Shown: positions 9,298 through 18,879 of the stretch, piece by piece
Numbering within the stretch: position 1 is the first letter of the stretch
Layout: each line of letters opens with the position of its first letter
From: Candidatus Heimdallarchaeota archaeon
Lineage (GTDB): Archaea; Asgardarchaeota; Heimdallarchaeia; Heimdallarchaeales; Heimdallarchaeaceae
DNA length: 34,517 bases
Assembly: GCA_021399345.1 (NCBI GenBank)
Contig: JAAFKI010000003.1
Location: 1 to 34,517, forward strand
Reading direction: 5' to 3'
Translations under genes and position numbers: made by a program
Notes under the pieces: model-generated
What the model was told of the DNA's origin: nothing
Database searches by the model: none
The model's input: only the letters and a program-made list of their open reading frames with translations

Positions 9298-11445
9298 TTA
9301 TGGGTGATTCTTACCACCCATTTCTCCACCCTTTTGTTTCATCTTTTTCTTCATTTCTTTAACTTCTTCTGTTTTTCCATCTTTCTTCATTTCTTGAAGA
9401 TGCTTCTTATTTTGCTTTTTAGAAGGTTTTCCTCCAGCCATAGATCCTTTTCCTGGACCTGACATAGCAGCTGACATACCAGTTGGTACAGCCATTGGTT
9501 TTTGTTGTTCAGCTTCTAGGGTTTCAGGTTCAAGTTCTTCTACAGAGAGTTCAATATCTTCAAGACCTTGATGAACATAGTAGAGATTATAGAGGTCTGC
9601 ATAGACACCATCCCTCTTCATCAATTCTTCATGAGTACCAACTTCTACTAGTTCTCCTTGTTCAAGAACCATTATTCTATTTGCATCTCTGATTGTGGAA
9701 AGTCTGTGAGCTATAACGAATGTGGTTCTTCCTTTGAACAACTCCCTTTGAGCTGCTTGAACTAAGCTTTCAGAGTATGCATCTAGTCTCGAAGTTGCTT
9801 CATCAAGAACTAGAATTCTAGGATCAGCCAACATAGTTCGAGCAATTGTTATTATTTGACGTTGTCCCGAAGAGAGCTTTTTTCCACCTTCAACAACTAC
9901 AGTATCATAACCATCAGGTAATGCTTCTATGAATTGATCAGCATTAATCATCTTACTAATCTTTATCATATCTTCCTCTGTAGCATTAGGTGAACCATAG
10001 AGAATATTCTCCATAACAGTGCCACTGAATAAGAAGGGTTCTTGGGTAACTAAACCAATTGCTTGTCTTAGAGATGATTGGTTGACATTTCTAATATCTT
10101 GAGTTCCAATCAGAATTGAACCCTCCTGAACATCATAGAACCTAGTTAAGAGAGATGAGAATAAAGTAGTCTTGCCTGCTCCAGTATGCCCAACGACTGC
10201 AACAAGTTCTCCAGAGTTTGCTGTAAAATTGATGTTTTTCAACACATAATTATCTTCAACATATGCAAAACTAACATTCTGGAAACTGATACTGTCATCT
10301 CCTTCCAATAAATCACTAGCTCCTTCAATATCTGCAACAGCTGGTTTAGCTTCGAAAACATCTATGATTCTATCCATTGCACCAAAAGCGGTTTCCATTT
10401 GTGGAAATATCATGGCTAGCATTACTATAGGAAAGAGAAACTGTTGCGATAAATTAACAGCTAAATAAATATCTCCTGGTGGAAGATTAAGCCCACCACT
10501 TGCATAGATTATCACAATGAACAATAGATAACTTAATGCTGTCATTGTCGGCATAATGAACATCATGAGCTTACCAAATTGTTTGGAATAATCATAGTGT
10601 TTCTGATTTAGTTCTCTTAATTCTGTAGCTAATTCTTCTTCACGATTAAACGATTTTGCAACTGCTATACCACTAATACCTTCAGCCATTTTACCAGAAA
10701 CAGATCCAAATGCTCTTCTTATTCTAAGAACAATTCTTCTGCCAAACTTACTTAGTATTGTACTCATCATGAAAGCAATTGGAATTGCAGCTAAGGATAT
10801 TAATCCAATAATCCAGCTTTGTAGCATCAACAGAGTGAAAGCTCCAATGATGAGTATAATTTGCGAGCCTAACATTGTAAGTAATTGTATTCCTGTAGCA
10901 AGTTCCGTGGTATCTGATGTTACTCTCGCAGTTATGTTTCCAGATTGTTCAGTTTTTAAATAAGCCATATCGGAATAACTTAGTTTCCTGTAAAGATCAC
11001 CTCTTACGTCATTGAGCATTTTAGAATTCATCTTTGCAGTTACTCTTGTTGAAAGAGAATTGAATACCCAACTTATTACTGTAATAGCTAAGAAGGCAAT
11101 TGTTAAAGGAATCAATTGCTGGAATTGCTGAGCTCCGACTGGAATAGGGTCAACTCGTTTTTGAATTTGAACAAATTCTCCAGTACCTAATTGAGTGAAA
11201 AACATTCCAATTACATAGAAGAATGATTTGTATGATAAATCATTTAGAGCATTCAATCCATTTTTAACAATTATAGGATTTACTAAGGCAGTTAAAGAAT
11301 AGAACAATATCAAAAGAGTTGACAAAATGAGTGGGGTGAGATATCTACGTATATATATCCAAAGACTACCAACCAAAACTTTTGTTGATCTAGCTCTCTT
11401 GTAAGTCTTTTCTTGGAACATTCTTACAGCTCTACCATGACCCAT
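9298..11445 (-). CDS. Type IV ABC exporter half (TMD+NBD), TM288-like subunit, with a long low-complexity C-terminal tail
   Basis: Six-TM exporter domain, GHTGAGKTT, LSSGQRQ, ILVLDEATS, IAHR. Start overlaps the partner's stop (TAATG at 11443-11447). Confidence 0.93.
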   Translation of the reverse strand: MGHGRAVRMFQEKTYKRARSTKVLVGSLWIYIRRYLTPLILSTLLILFYSLTALVNPIIVKNGLNALNDLSYKSFFYVIGMFFTQLGTGEFVQIQKRVDPIPVGAQQFQQLIPLTIAFLAITVISWVFNSLSTRVTAKMNSKMLNDVRGDLYRKLSYSDMAYLKTEQSGNITARVTSDTTELATGIQLLTMLGSQIILIIGAFTLLMLQSWIIGLISLAAIPIAFMMSTILSKFGRRIVLRIRRAFGSVSGKMAEGISGIAVAKSFNREEELATELRELNQKHYDYSKQFGKLMMFIMPTMTALSYLLFIVIIYASGGLNLPPGDIYLAVNLSQQFLFPIVMLAMIFPQMETAFGAMDRIIDVFEAKPAVADIEGASDLLEGDDSISFQNVSFAYVEDNYVLKNINFTANSGELVAVVGHTGAGKTTLFSSLLTRFYDVQEGSILIGTQDIRNVNQSSLRQAIGLVTQEPFLFSGTVMENILYGSPNATEEDMIKISKMINADQFIEALPDGYDTVVVEGGKKLSSGQRQIITIARTMLADPRILVLDEATSRLDAYSESLVQAAQRELFKGRTTFVIAHRLSTIRDANRIMVLEQGELVEVGTHEELMKRDGVYADLYNLYYVHQGLEDIELSVEELEPETLEAEQQKPMAVPTGMSAAMSGPGKGSMAGGKPSKKQNKKHLQEMKKDGKTEEVKEMKKKMKQKGGEMGGKNHP

Positions 11446-13304
11446 TATTTTCTACCTCCTTCTACAACATCAACATCCTCACACACACCTAGGGATTCAG
11501 ACATTGGTAAGTGTTGACACATGAACTGATAATCAGAACACCTTTGAAGTAATTCTGAATGAGTTCCTATATCAACAACTTCTCCTCGTTTCATTAGAAT
11601 AATCAAATCTGCTGCAACTAGAGTCGTGAGTCTTTGTGTTACAACTATACTTGTTCTGTCTTTCATCAATTCTTCCATAGCATATCTAAGTCTCAGTTCT
11701 GTTTTGATATCAACAGCACTTGTCGAATCATCAAGTAAAAGCAATCTTGGATTAGATAACATTGCTCTTGCAATGGCAACTCTTTGTCTCTGCCCACCCG
11801 ATAATGTTACCCCCCGTTCGCCAATTATAGTTTCATATTTATCAGGAAGAGTTTCGATAAAAGGAGCAATCTGTGCTCGTTTGGCCGCTTCTCTGATTTC
11901 ATCGTCTGTGGCATCAGGTTTAGCAAAAGCAATATTAGCTCTCAGAGTGTCTGAAAACAAGAAAATGTCTTGTTCAACCATCGTTACATTTGAACGAACA
12001 TAATTTGTATACATTGATTTTATAGATGTTCCATTAATTTCAATTTCTCCCTCGGATGGATCATATAATCTAAGGAGCAATTTTAAGATTGTAGACTTTC
12101 CTGATCCAGGACCACCTATTAGGGCAACTCTCGCTCCTGAAGGAATTGCAAAAGAAACATTTTTCAGAACTTTCTTTTCAGTTCTAGGATATGCAAAGGA
12201 GACATTTTTAAAAGCTATTACCTTATCCCATTCTCCTTCTTGATATTTATCTGGCTCACTCAGAGGATCTTTGAAAGCCATCTTACCCCATAACCTCTTT
12301 GAATTTTGTAAACCAGCTTGTAGGGAAATCAATCTTAAAGGTATCATGAAGTTTTGTCTATTTAGTGACATTAATAGAGCTAGTGCAGAGATTAACATAC
12401 CCACAGAATATTGACCCATAACAGCCATATATAGTCCATAAGCAAACACACCAGCAGCTGCTAGTATTGTAATTAAAGCTGGCCAATAAAATGCGCTAAG
12501 ATATCCTTCACGTTTCATATCTTCAGCATACTCTTCACTTTTAGTATTGAACTTTTCAATTTCTTTATCATGATTATCAAAAGAACGAACAACATCTACC
12601 CCTCTAAACATTTCTTGCGAAATAGCGGAAAGATCAGCTAAATCAGTTGCCAATTTCTTTCGTATTGGACCTACTTTCCTAGCATAAAACCAGGCGATTA
12701 TCATGTAGATAACAAAAGCTCCAGCCATAATAGCTCCAATTAAAAGATCAATCTGCCAAAGAAATACTGTTGTCAATATAATTGTAGCCATTGAGCTTAA
12801 TAGCATTCTTACAGATGGATTAATAGCTATTCTAATCTGGTCAATCTCGTTCATACCCATTGAAAGGATAACTCCAGAATCATGTTCATCGAAGAATGCC
12901 ATCGAATGGTTTTGAATTACTTCATAAAACTCTTGTCTCATATCTCTTTGAACTCTATATGAAGCTAATGCCCACAAATAAACATTGAGACTTAAAGCTA
13001 CCCAACTAGTTAGAACAAAGGTTACCATTAAGCCTATAGCCCTAGTAAACTCGGGTGAAAATGCATTTCCTGCACTTATTCCAATTATCAATTCGTCTAT
13101 TGCTACACCTATCATAGATAGTGTCCAAATTGACAAATACGTATTACCCATAAGCAAGATGAATGCTATTAGATAGATTAATGGATAGCGAGTAAAAGCA
13201 GCCCAAAACCAGCCATTAGCAGACTTGTACTTATTCATGAGTGTCTTTTGTATATCATAATCATATCCTTGTTTGATTTCTTTTTCTATAGTTGTTGTTG
13301 CCAC
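11445..13304 (-). CDS. Type IV ABC exporter half (TMD+NBD), TM287-like degenerate subunit
   Basis: GGPGSGKST, LSGGQRQR, non-canonical Walker B LLLLDDSTS, switch VTQR. GTG start directly follows the PadR stop. Confidence 0.93.
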   Translation of the reverse strand: MATTTIEKEIKQGYDYDIQKTLMNKYKSANGWFWAAFTRYPLIYLIAFILLMGNTYLSIWTLSMIGVAIDELIIGISAGNAFSPEFTRAIGLMVTFVLTSWVALSLNVYLWALASYRVQRDMRQEFYEVIQNHSMAFFDEHDSGVILSMGMNEIDQIRIAINPSVRMLLSSMATIILTTVFLWQIDLLIGAIMAGAFVIYMIIAWFYARKVGPIRKKLATDLADLSAISQEMFRGVDVVRSFDNHDKEIEKFNTKSEEYAEDMKREGYLSAFYWPALITILAAAGVFAYGLYMAVMGQYSVGMLISALALLMSLNRQNFMIPLRLISLQAGLQNSKRLWGKMAFKDPLSEPDKYQEGEWDKVIAFKNVSFAYPRTEKKVLKNVSFAIPSGARVALIGGPGSGKSTILKLLLRLYDPSEGEIEINGTSIKSMYTNYVRSNVTMVEQDIFLFSDTLRANIAFAKPDATDDEIREAAKRAQIAPFIETLPDKYETIIGERGVTLSGGQRQRVAIARAMLSNPRLLLLDDSTSAVDIKTELRLRYAMEELMKDRTSIVVTQRLTTLVAADLIILMKRGEVVDIGTHSELLQRCSDYQFMCQHLPMSESLGVCEDVDVVEGGRK

Positions 13305-14285
13305 TTATAACCGCTCCAATAATTTATCAATTTTTTTTCTCCTCTCCAACAGTCTATTTCTGATAAAAGATTTCAACATCTTTCTATCTTCTTTAGATTC
13401 TGCAGCATTAAGGTGTTCGTCTAACATCTCAGGATGACTGATGAGAACATTTAATCTTGGATTAGCTAGTCCTTGATCCATCATCATATGAATAAAAGGT
13501 CTACCATGAGATTTTCCTTTGAAGGAATGTATTTTCTTCTTGAAGTCAGGAGATAGATCTTTTGACAATTTGAGAAAAACTTTTCGGAAGGGAAGCAATC
13601 TAGATGATAATATTCCTTCAGTTCTATGGAAAATATTTTCTCTTTCTGATTCAAAAATGAATGAAGATATGTCCATAAGGGAAGCCATAACTCTAGATAA
13701 AGATTCTCTACCTATTTCTGTTATAGAGTAAATTTTCTTCAATCTATCACCTTCTGAATCTTTTCTCACAAATTCTATCAAACCATTTTTTTCCAGCGAT
13801 TCTATTGTAGGATATATTCCACTGATATTGCTCCAAATCACTGAAGTTTCTTTAATGATCTTAATTGATTCTTCTAGAGCCTCAACTATATCGTCAATAT
13901 AATTCAAGTCTTCTTCATTAATCTCGTAGTTTTCTTCAAGCATTTGTTTAAATCTTAGATTGTATTTAAAAATAGGACAATCATCTATTTTCTCTCTGAA
14001 ACTCTTTCTATTTGCTTCAAAAGCTGAATTGTCTGTTTTAAACTGTGAAAAAAGGTTCTTCATCTCAAATAAGATGTCCAAATGACCTTGAAGAAATACT
14101 GCTCCTAGATTCCTTTTCTCAAAAAGGATTTCAGAAGCTTTTGAACGCATTTCGTAAGCATGTGAACCATCAGGAGATTTAGCAAGATGGAGAAGAATTG
14201 CTACTTCCCCTAATCTTCTAATAAACCTTTCTTCGTATTTTCCTACAACATCTTTTGAGTTAGTTTCCAAAATGATCACTTTCAA
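13305..14285 (-). CDS. PadR-family transcriptional regulator with a large internal insertion and C-terminal extension
   Basis: ILLHL...HAYEM followed much later by SGIYPTIESLEKNGLI...KKIYSITEIGRE, the PadR winged-helix signature. Confidence 0.85.
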   Translation of the reverse strand: MKVIILETNSKDVVGKYEERFIRRLGEVAILLHLAKSPDGSHAYEMRSKASEILFEKRNLGAVFLQGHLDILFEMKNLFSQFKTDNSAFEANRKSFREKIDDCPIFKYNLRFKQMLEENYEINEEDLNYIDDIVEALEESIKIIKETSVIWSNISGIYPTIESLEKNGLIEFVRKDSEGDRLKKIYSITEIGRESLSRVMASLMDISSFIFESERENIFHRTEGILSSRLLPFRKVFLKLSKDLSPDFKKKIHSFKGKSHGRPFIHMMMDQGLANPRLNVLISHPEMLDEHLNAAESKEDRKMLKSFIRNRLLERRKKIDKLLERL

Positions 14286-14287
14286 TG

Positions 14288-15049
14288 CTAGGTTCTAAAA
14301 GGATTAATCCTGTCTCTAGTAATTTCTCCATCTGTGATCATTACATCCCTAGAAGAGAATTCAGCAAGTTTTGGATCATGGGAAACAGCTAATATAGTAA
14401 CGCCCTTTTCCTTGTTAACCTTCCTAAGTAATTCCAATACTTCACCACCGGTCTGTGAATCTAAGTTACCAGTGGGTTCATCGGCTAAGACAATTGGAGG
14501 GTTATTAATCAAAGCTCGACATATAGCTACTCGTTGTTTTTGCCCTCCTGAAAGCTCAGCTGGTTTATGATGCATACGATCTTCAAGACCCGCAATTTTG
14601 AGAAGTTCTTTTGCTCGTTCTCTGTCTGATTTCTTAATACCATATGGTAAAAGAGGTAAGAGAACATTATCAAGAGCAGATATTTTATCTATGAGAAAAA
14701 TATCTTGAAAAACAAAGCCAATTTTATTCTTTCTTACTTCGCTCAATTTTCGCTGAGGCATCTGGGTAATCTCTGTACCATCAATGAAGACTTGTCCACT
14801 TGTTGAAGGAGCCATGCACCCAAGTATGGTAAGTAAGGTAGATTTTCCCGATCCACTTGGACCCATGATCGTGATAAATTCTCCCTTATTAACTTTGAAA
14901 TTTACTCCTTTTAATGCTTTAACTTCTGCTGGTGTATTTTCAAAGAATTTTCTCCATAGATCTTTGATTTCAATGATAAGATCACCAAAATCCTGATTCA
15001 TTCCAGTTTCAATTTCAACTGTTTTCGTTTCTTCTATGCTTGTCATCAT
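14288..15049 (-). CDS. LolD/MacB-type ABC ATPase
   Basis: GPSGSGKST, IGFVFQ, LSGGQKQRVAI, LADEPTGNLD, VSHD. Start at ATG 15049 or 15046 after an AGGTGA SD overlapping the upstream TAG. Confidence 0.93.
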   Translation of the reverse strand: MMTSIEETKTVEIETGMNQDFGDLIIEIKDLWRKFFENTPAEVKALKGVNFKVNKGEFITIMGPSGSGKSTLLTILGCMAPSTSGQVFIDGTEITQMPQRKLSEVRKNKIGFVFQDIFLIDKISALDNVLLPLLPYGIKKSDRERAKELLKIAGLEDRMHHKPAELSGGQKQRVAICRALINNPPIVLADEPTGNLDSQTGGEVLELLRKVNKEKGVTILAVSHDPKLAEFSSRDVMITDGEITRDRINPFRT

Positions 15050-15055
15050 AATCAC

Positions 15056-16372
15056 CTAACTTCCTTGCAAGACCTCCATGGGTCTAACAGAACTGGCTCT
15101 AATACCAGGATAAAGTCCTCCAAGAACACCTATTGTCATTGCAATACCTATAGCAGTAAAGATAATTCCAGGTGTAATAATAGCTGACATCACACCCATC
15201 GGGATCATTGTTTCTAGACCATTTATCGCACCCAATGCTAAAAGAATACCAACAATTGATCCTACTACTCCTAGAATGACACTTTCAACTATAACAGAGT
15301 AGATAATATGCCCTTCTTTCCAACCTGTGGCTTTAAGTATTGCAAACTCCTTAGATCGAGATTCCACACCAACAAGTTGAGCAATGATAACACCCATACT
15401 TCCTGAAATCACTATAATGATTGAAACTACAGTCATAACAACATTTTGTGTTTGCATTAGGTCATCCATGGTCTCAAGAGCTGATGCTAATGACAAAGTG
15501 GAAAATTCCATTCCTGAATATTGTTCTTCTAAATATCCAACTAATTCATCAATAAATTTGCCTACATCATCTGAATTTGTGATTGATGTACGAACTGCTA
15601 CGATGTTTGTACTTGTGTTTGAAAATAGGGTACTGTCCAATCCTCTACTTTCATAATGTAGAAAATGAGATGTCGTATCATTTCGTAGGAGTTCAGTCAA
15701 GATATTCTGACTAACTTGTAAAGGAACATAGATATCATATCCTGTAACCATAATCGATTGCTGCATCCCACCAAGTTCCGATGAAGTAATTCCTGTTATT
15801 TCCACATCATAGGAATAACTAGTATTGACAAGAATGGAAAAGGTCTTTCCAATATCAAATACTTCTGAATTGTTCTCATAAAGTGAATAAGGAATTATAC
15901 ACTCGTTCAAACTTGCGTTAAAATATTCGGAACCTTCTGTAAGTTCATCAAGTTCAGAATACACTTCCATAAATAAATCAAGATCTTCAATTCCTCTAAC
16001 ATTTATACCCATAGGCGTTCCAAAAAGCGTTTTACCTAAAATCGTTGTATAATTGTTGACGGTAGATGGTAAAGTTTGTTCTGAAGCTACGGCTATAATT
16101 TCTTCACTTCGATTAAAATCCATAATTGTATCAGTGATATTGCTTGGAAGTTGAGAAGCAAATGCTGCAGGAGCATTACTTTCTTGAATTTGAAATGTTC
16201 CTACTAATTCTGAAAAAATGTCATTAAAAGTTTCATCCATTCCTGCAATAAAGGAATTAATCGTTACTTGCATTGTTATTGCAACAGCTATACCTGTTAT
16301 TGCTAAAGCTGCTACTATTTTCCTTCTAAACGCGTTTTTGAACGCGAATCCTGTTAATTTGAGTATTTTCAC
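15056..16372 (-). CDS. FtsX/MacB-family ABC permease
   Basis: AFKNAFRRK then TM1, sequon-rich extracellular domain, SRSKEFAILKATGW, and C-terminal YPGIRASSVRPMEVL. Confidence 0.92.
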   Translation of the reverse strand: MKILKLTGFAFKNAFRRKIVAALAITGIAVAITMQVTINSFIAGMDETFNDIFSELVGTFQIQESNAPAAFASQLPSNITDTIMDFNRSEEIIAVASEQTLPSTVNNYTTILGKTLFGTPMGINVRGIEDLDLFMEVYSELDELTEGSEYFNASLNECIIPYSLYENNSEVFDIGKTFSILVNTSYSYDVEITGITSSELGGMQQSIMVTGYDIYVPLQVSQNILTELLRNDTTSHFLHYESRGLDSTLFSNTSTNIVAVRTSITNSDDVGKFIDELVGYLEEQYSGMEFSTLSLASALETMDDLMQTQNVVMTVVSIIIVISGSMGVIIAQLVGVESRSKEFAILKATGWKEGHIIYSVIVESVILGVVGSIVGILLALGAINGLETMIPMGVMSAIITPGIIFTAIGIAMTIGVLGGLYPGIRASSVRPMEVLQGS

Positions 16373-16386
16373 AAAATCAATCCATA

Positions 16387-16442
16387 TTTAGAATACGTAA
16401 TATTCAGTTTTCTGAATATTCTAAAATATTAGTATTATAAAA
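16387..16442 (-). promoter_or_regulatory. Promoter/operator of the ABC-PadR operon
   Basis: Perfect inverted repeat AATATTCAG-TTTT-CTGAATATT (16399-16420), a second IR TTTAGAATA/TATTCTAAA (16387-16395/16417-16425), and TATA-like TTTTATAA (16435-16442, minus) just upstream. Confidence 0.6.
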
Positions 16443-16493
16443 AGATAACTATTTGTCGTCTAAAAAAGTAAAATTGAATCATATTGTGGAACC

Positions 16494-18599
16494 TCAGTTT
16501 TTAGCCTTAAGATGTTCATTTACAATGATTTGGTAACGACCCTGACTATTGTCTAGATCTTTGATACAATAATCCAGATCAAGAAGTTTCAACGTTTCTT
16601 CTTTAGGAACCCCATCTTCACTGAATCCAATATTTTTGTAGTATCCCTGAATCATTTCTTCAATAGGCAATGAAACTCCTTTCAAGGGTCCTTTCTTCAG
16701 AGGGGGATCACCAATAAGCCTTTTGGGTATATTATGTCTTATCGCACCTTCTCGAGCATTAAACATCTGACGTAAGGTTTGTATTCTCTGCCCTATTAGT
16801 AAAAATTCATCTGGTGTAAATTCCCACCCAAATACACTTTCTATGAGTTCAAAAAGAGGGTAGCTCCCACAAGCTAATGAGTAAGAACATAATCCTAGAG
16901 CGTTAATACTTTGAGTGAACTGAACTGCTAATGCATGATTCTTTGTTGTTTTCTCTAGTTTTTTATCGATTTTGAAATTATATTCCTTAGTGAAGCGAGC
17001 TACTGGATGTAACATCAAAGTATCAATTCCACCTGCAGTATGCCTTCCAGGAGTCGGATCTGAAACATATGTTGCGCCAAACCACTTGATATATCTAGGA
17101 TCATGCATCGGGATTTCTTGACCATTAGCATTCATAGCGTAATTCTTAGAACCTGCTATTTTGTTAGAAGCAACCCAAGTACCATCTGTAAGAACATTTC
17201 CTATTCCTTCTCGATTAACCATCATCTCTAAGAGAGGGAAGATATAATCTGTCTCATACCATTGGGGAAGAAAACCTTCTGGGAATTTCTCCGATATGAA
17301 ATCTTCTTTAGTTAGAAGACCTTTTTCCACACATTCAAGAACAAAACTTAGAATAACTCCAGTAGAAATAGAATCCATCCCTTGACGATTCAAGTATTCA
17401 TTGACCTTAATCATCATCATTGGATCTTCATTCAATATGTTACTACTCAGTGAAGCAAGTGTTTCATATTCAGGCATGTGAGAATCTTTTATCCCTAATT
17501 CAGGTACAGTAATTTTTCTACCACATCTCAAAGGACACCCATAACACCCATATGAGACAGTTTCAATTGAAGCAAGTGTGTTTCCTACTTTCTTCAAGGC
17601 TATTCTTTGGGGGTAGTCTTCTGGTCCTGTACCATTGAAATTCTTAACTGAAGCATCACCAACAGGAACAGATAAGGGGAGAGTAAAACCTGTTCCAAAT
17701 CTATGTAAGTAGTTAGCAACCAAAGCTTCTGCTTTCAGACCTGGAAACTTCATAACCATTTGGACACTTTTACCAAAACTCATTTTCATAATTCGCATAA
17801 TTGATCCAAATTTTGGAACGAATTGAAGCAATTTACCTATTAATTTATTATTTAACATTTTCGTAATATTCTTTCTATAATCCTGGGAAAGAGATTGTGT
17901 TGCTTCTTTATCTGCGACAGTAAGTCTTGTTTTTCCGTCTAAACAAACAGCTTTAAGCTTCTTCGCCCCCATAACTGCTCCAAGACCACTTCTTGCAGCA
18001 ATACGACCATAATCATTAACAATTCCTGCAATGAGTGACTTATTCTCAGCAGCAACACCAATGGTTGCAACATTTACATTTTTTCCGTGTTTTTCTTTGA
18101 GCAAATCCTCTGTTTCAAAAGCATCTTCACCCCAGATATCAGAAGCATCTCTTAACTCAAAGGAATTCTCATTGATGTAAAGATATACAGGCTTATCTGA
18201 AGTTCCTGTAACAAAAATAGCATCATATCCTGCACGTTTAATTGCTGCACCAAAGTAACCTCCCGAGTTGCTATCACCCCAACCCCCATTACAGAATCCT
18301 CCATCTGCTGTAATTCCTTTTCCAGTTAAAGGACTTTTACCACAAGCCATCCACCTACCAGTGAAAGGAGCAGCAGTTCCAGTAAGAAGACCTGGACAAA
18401 AACCCAAGATATTTTCTGGACCTAAGGGATCGCATCCTGGAGAAATTCGATTATAGACATAATAAACACCTAAACCATATCCACCTAAAAAGCTGCGATA
18501 AATCTTCTCATCAGGAAATTCTTCTTTTATATCCTTAGAAGATAAGTCAACCCACAAAATCTTACCAGTATATCCTTTTGCTTGAGTTATTGTAGACAC
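16494..18599 (-). CDS. aor: Tungsten-dependent aldehyde:ferredoxin oxidoreductase family protein (start uncertain)
   Basis: GYTGKILWVDLS, KSPLTG...SNSGGYFG, GRIAARSGLGAVMGAKKLKA, [4Fe-4S] ligands CYGCPLRC plus GLC, PEYET, GMDSIS, GQEIPMHDPR. Confidence 0.93.
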   Translation of the reverse strand: MSTITQAKGYTGKILWVDLSSKDIKEEFPDEKIYRSFLGGYGLGVYYVYNRISPGCDPLGPENILGFCPGLLTGTAAPFTGRWMACGKSPLTGKGITADGGFCNGGWGDSNSGGYFGAAIKRAGYDAIFVTGTSDKPVYLYINENSFELRDASDIWGEDAFETEDLLKEKHGKNVNVATIGVAAENKSLIAGIVNDYGRIAARSGLGAVMGAKKLKAVCLDGKTRLTVADKEATQSLSQDYRKNITKMLNNKLIGKLLQFVPKFGSIMRIMKMSFGKSVQMVMKFPGLKAEALVANYLHRFGTGFTLPLSVPVGDASVKNFNGTGPEDYPQRIALKKVGNTLASIETVSYGCYGCPLRCGRKITVPELGIKDSHMPEYETLASLSSNILNEDPMMMIKVNEYLNRQGMDSISTGVILSFVLECVEKGLLTKEDFISEKFPEGFLPQWYETDYIFPLLEMMVNREGIGNVLTDGTWVASNKIAGSKNYAMNANGQEIPMHDPRYIKWFGATYVSDPTPGRHTAGGIDTLMLHPVARFTKEYNFKIDKKLEKTTKNHALAVQFTQSINALGLCSYSLACGSYPLFELIESVFGWEFTPDEFLLIGQRIQTLRQMFNAREGAIRHNIPKRLIGDPPLKKGPLKGVSLPIEEMIQGYYKNIGFSEDGVPKEETLKLLDLDYCIKDLDNSQGRYQIIVNEHLKAKN

Positions 18600-18879
18600 C
18601 TTATGAAATTTGTTTGCAAATAAAAGTATACACAAAGTCCTTTTAACAAATCACCAGCAACGGTGAATTTTTCACTAGAAAGAGTTAAAAAGTGCATTTT
18701 AGCATTTTGAAACTATTTGATGAAACATTAAAAATTGAGATGTATTCTAGATAAATGGAAGTAAAACTCATCAATTATTTTAAAGCTAGAGTTTGCTGAA
18801 AAAGTTCAACAATATTATCGGCATCTACATCATCTAGTTCCAAGTTGGTGAAAGCAAAGAAAAAGGACTTTGAAGATGT

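Noticed and set aside
13842-14123. PadR insertion as an intein or intron
   Set aside because: No Cys/Ser...His-Asn splice termini, no LAGLIDADG motif, and no evident bulge-helix-bulge. It reads as ordinary helical protein.
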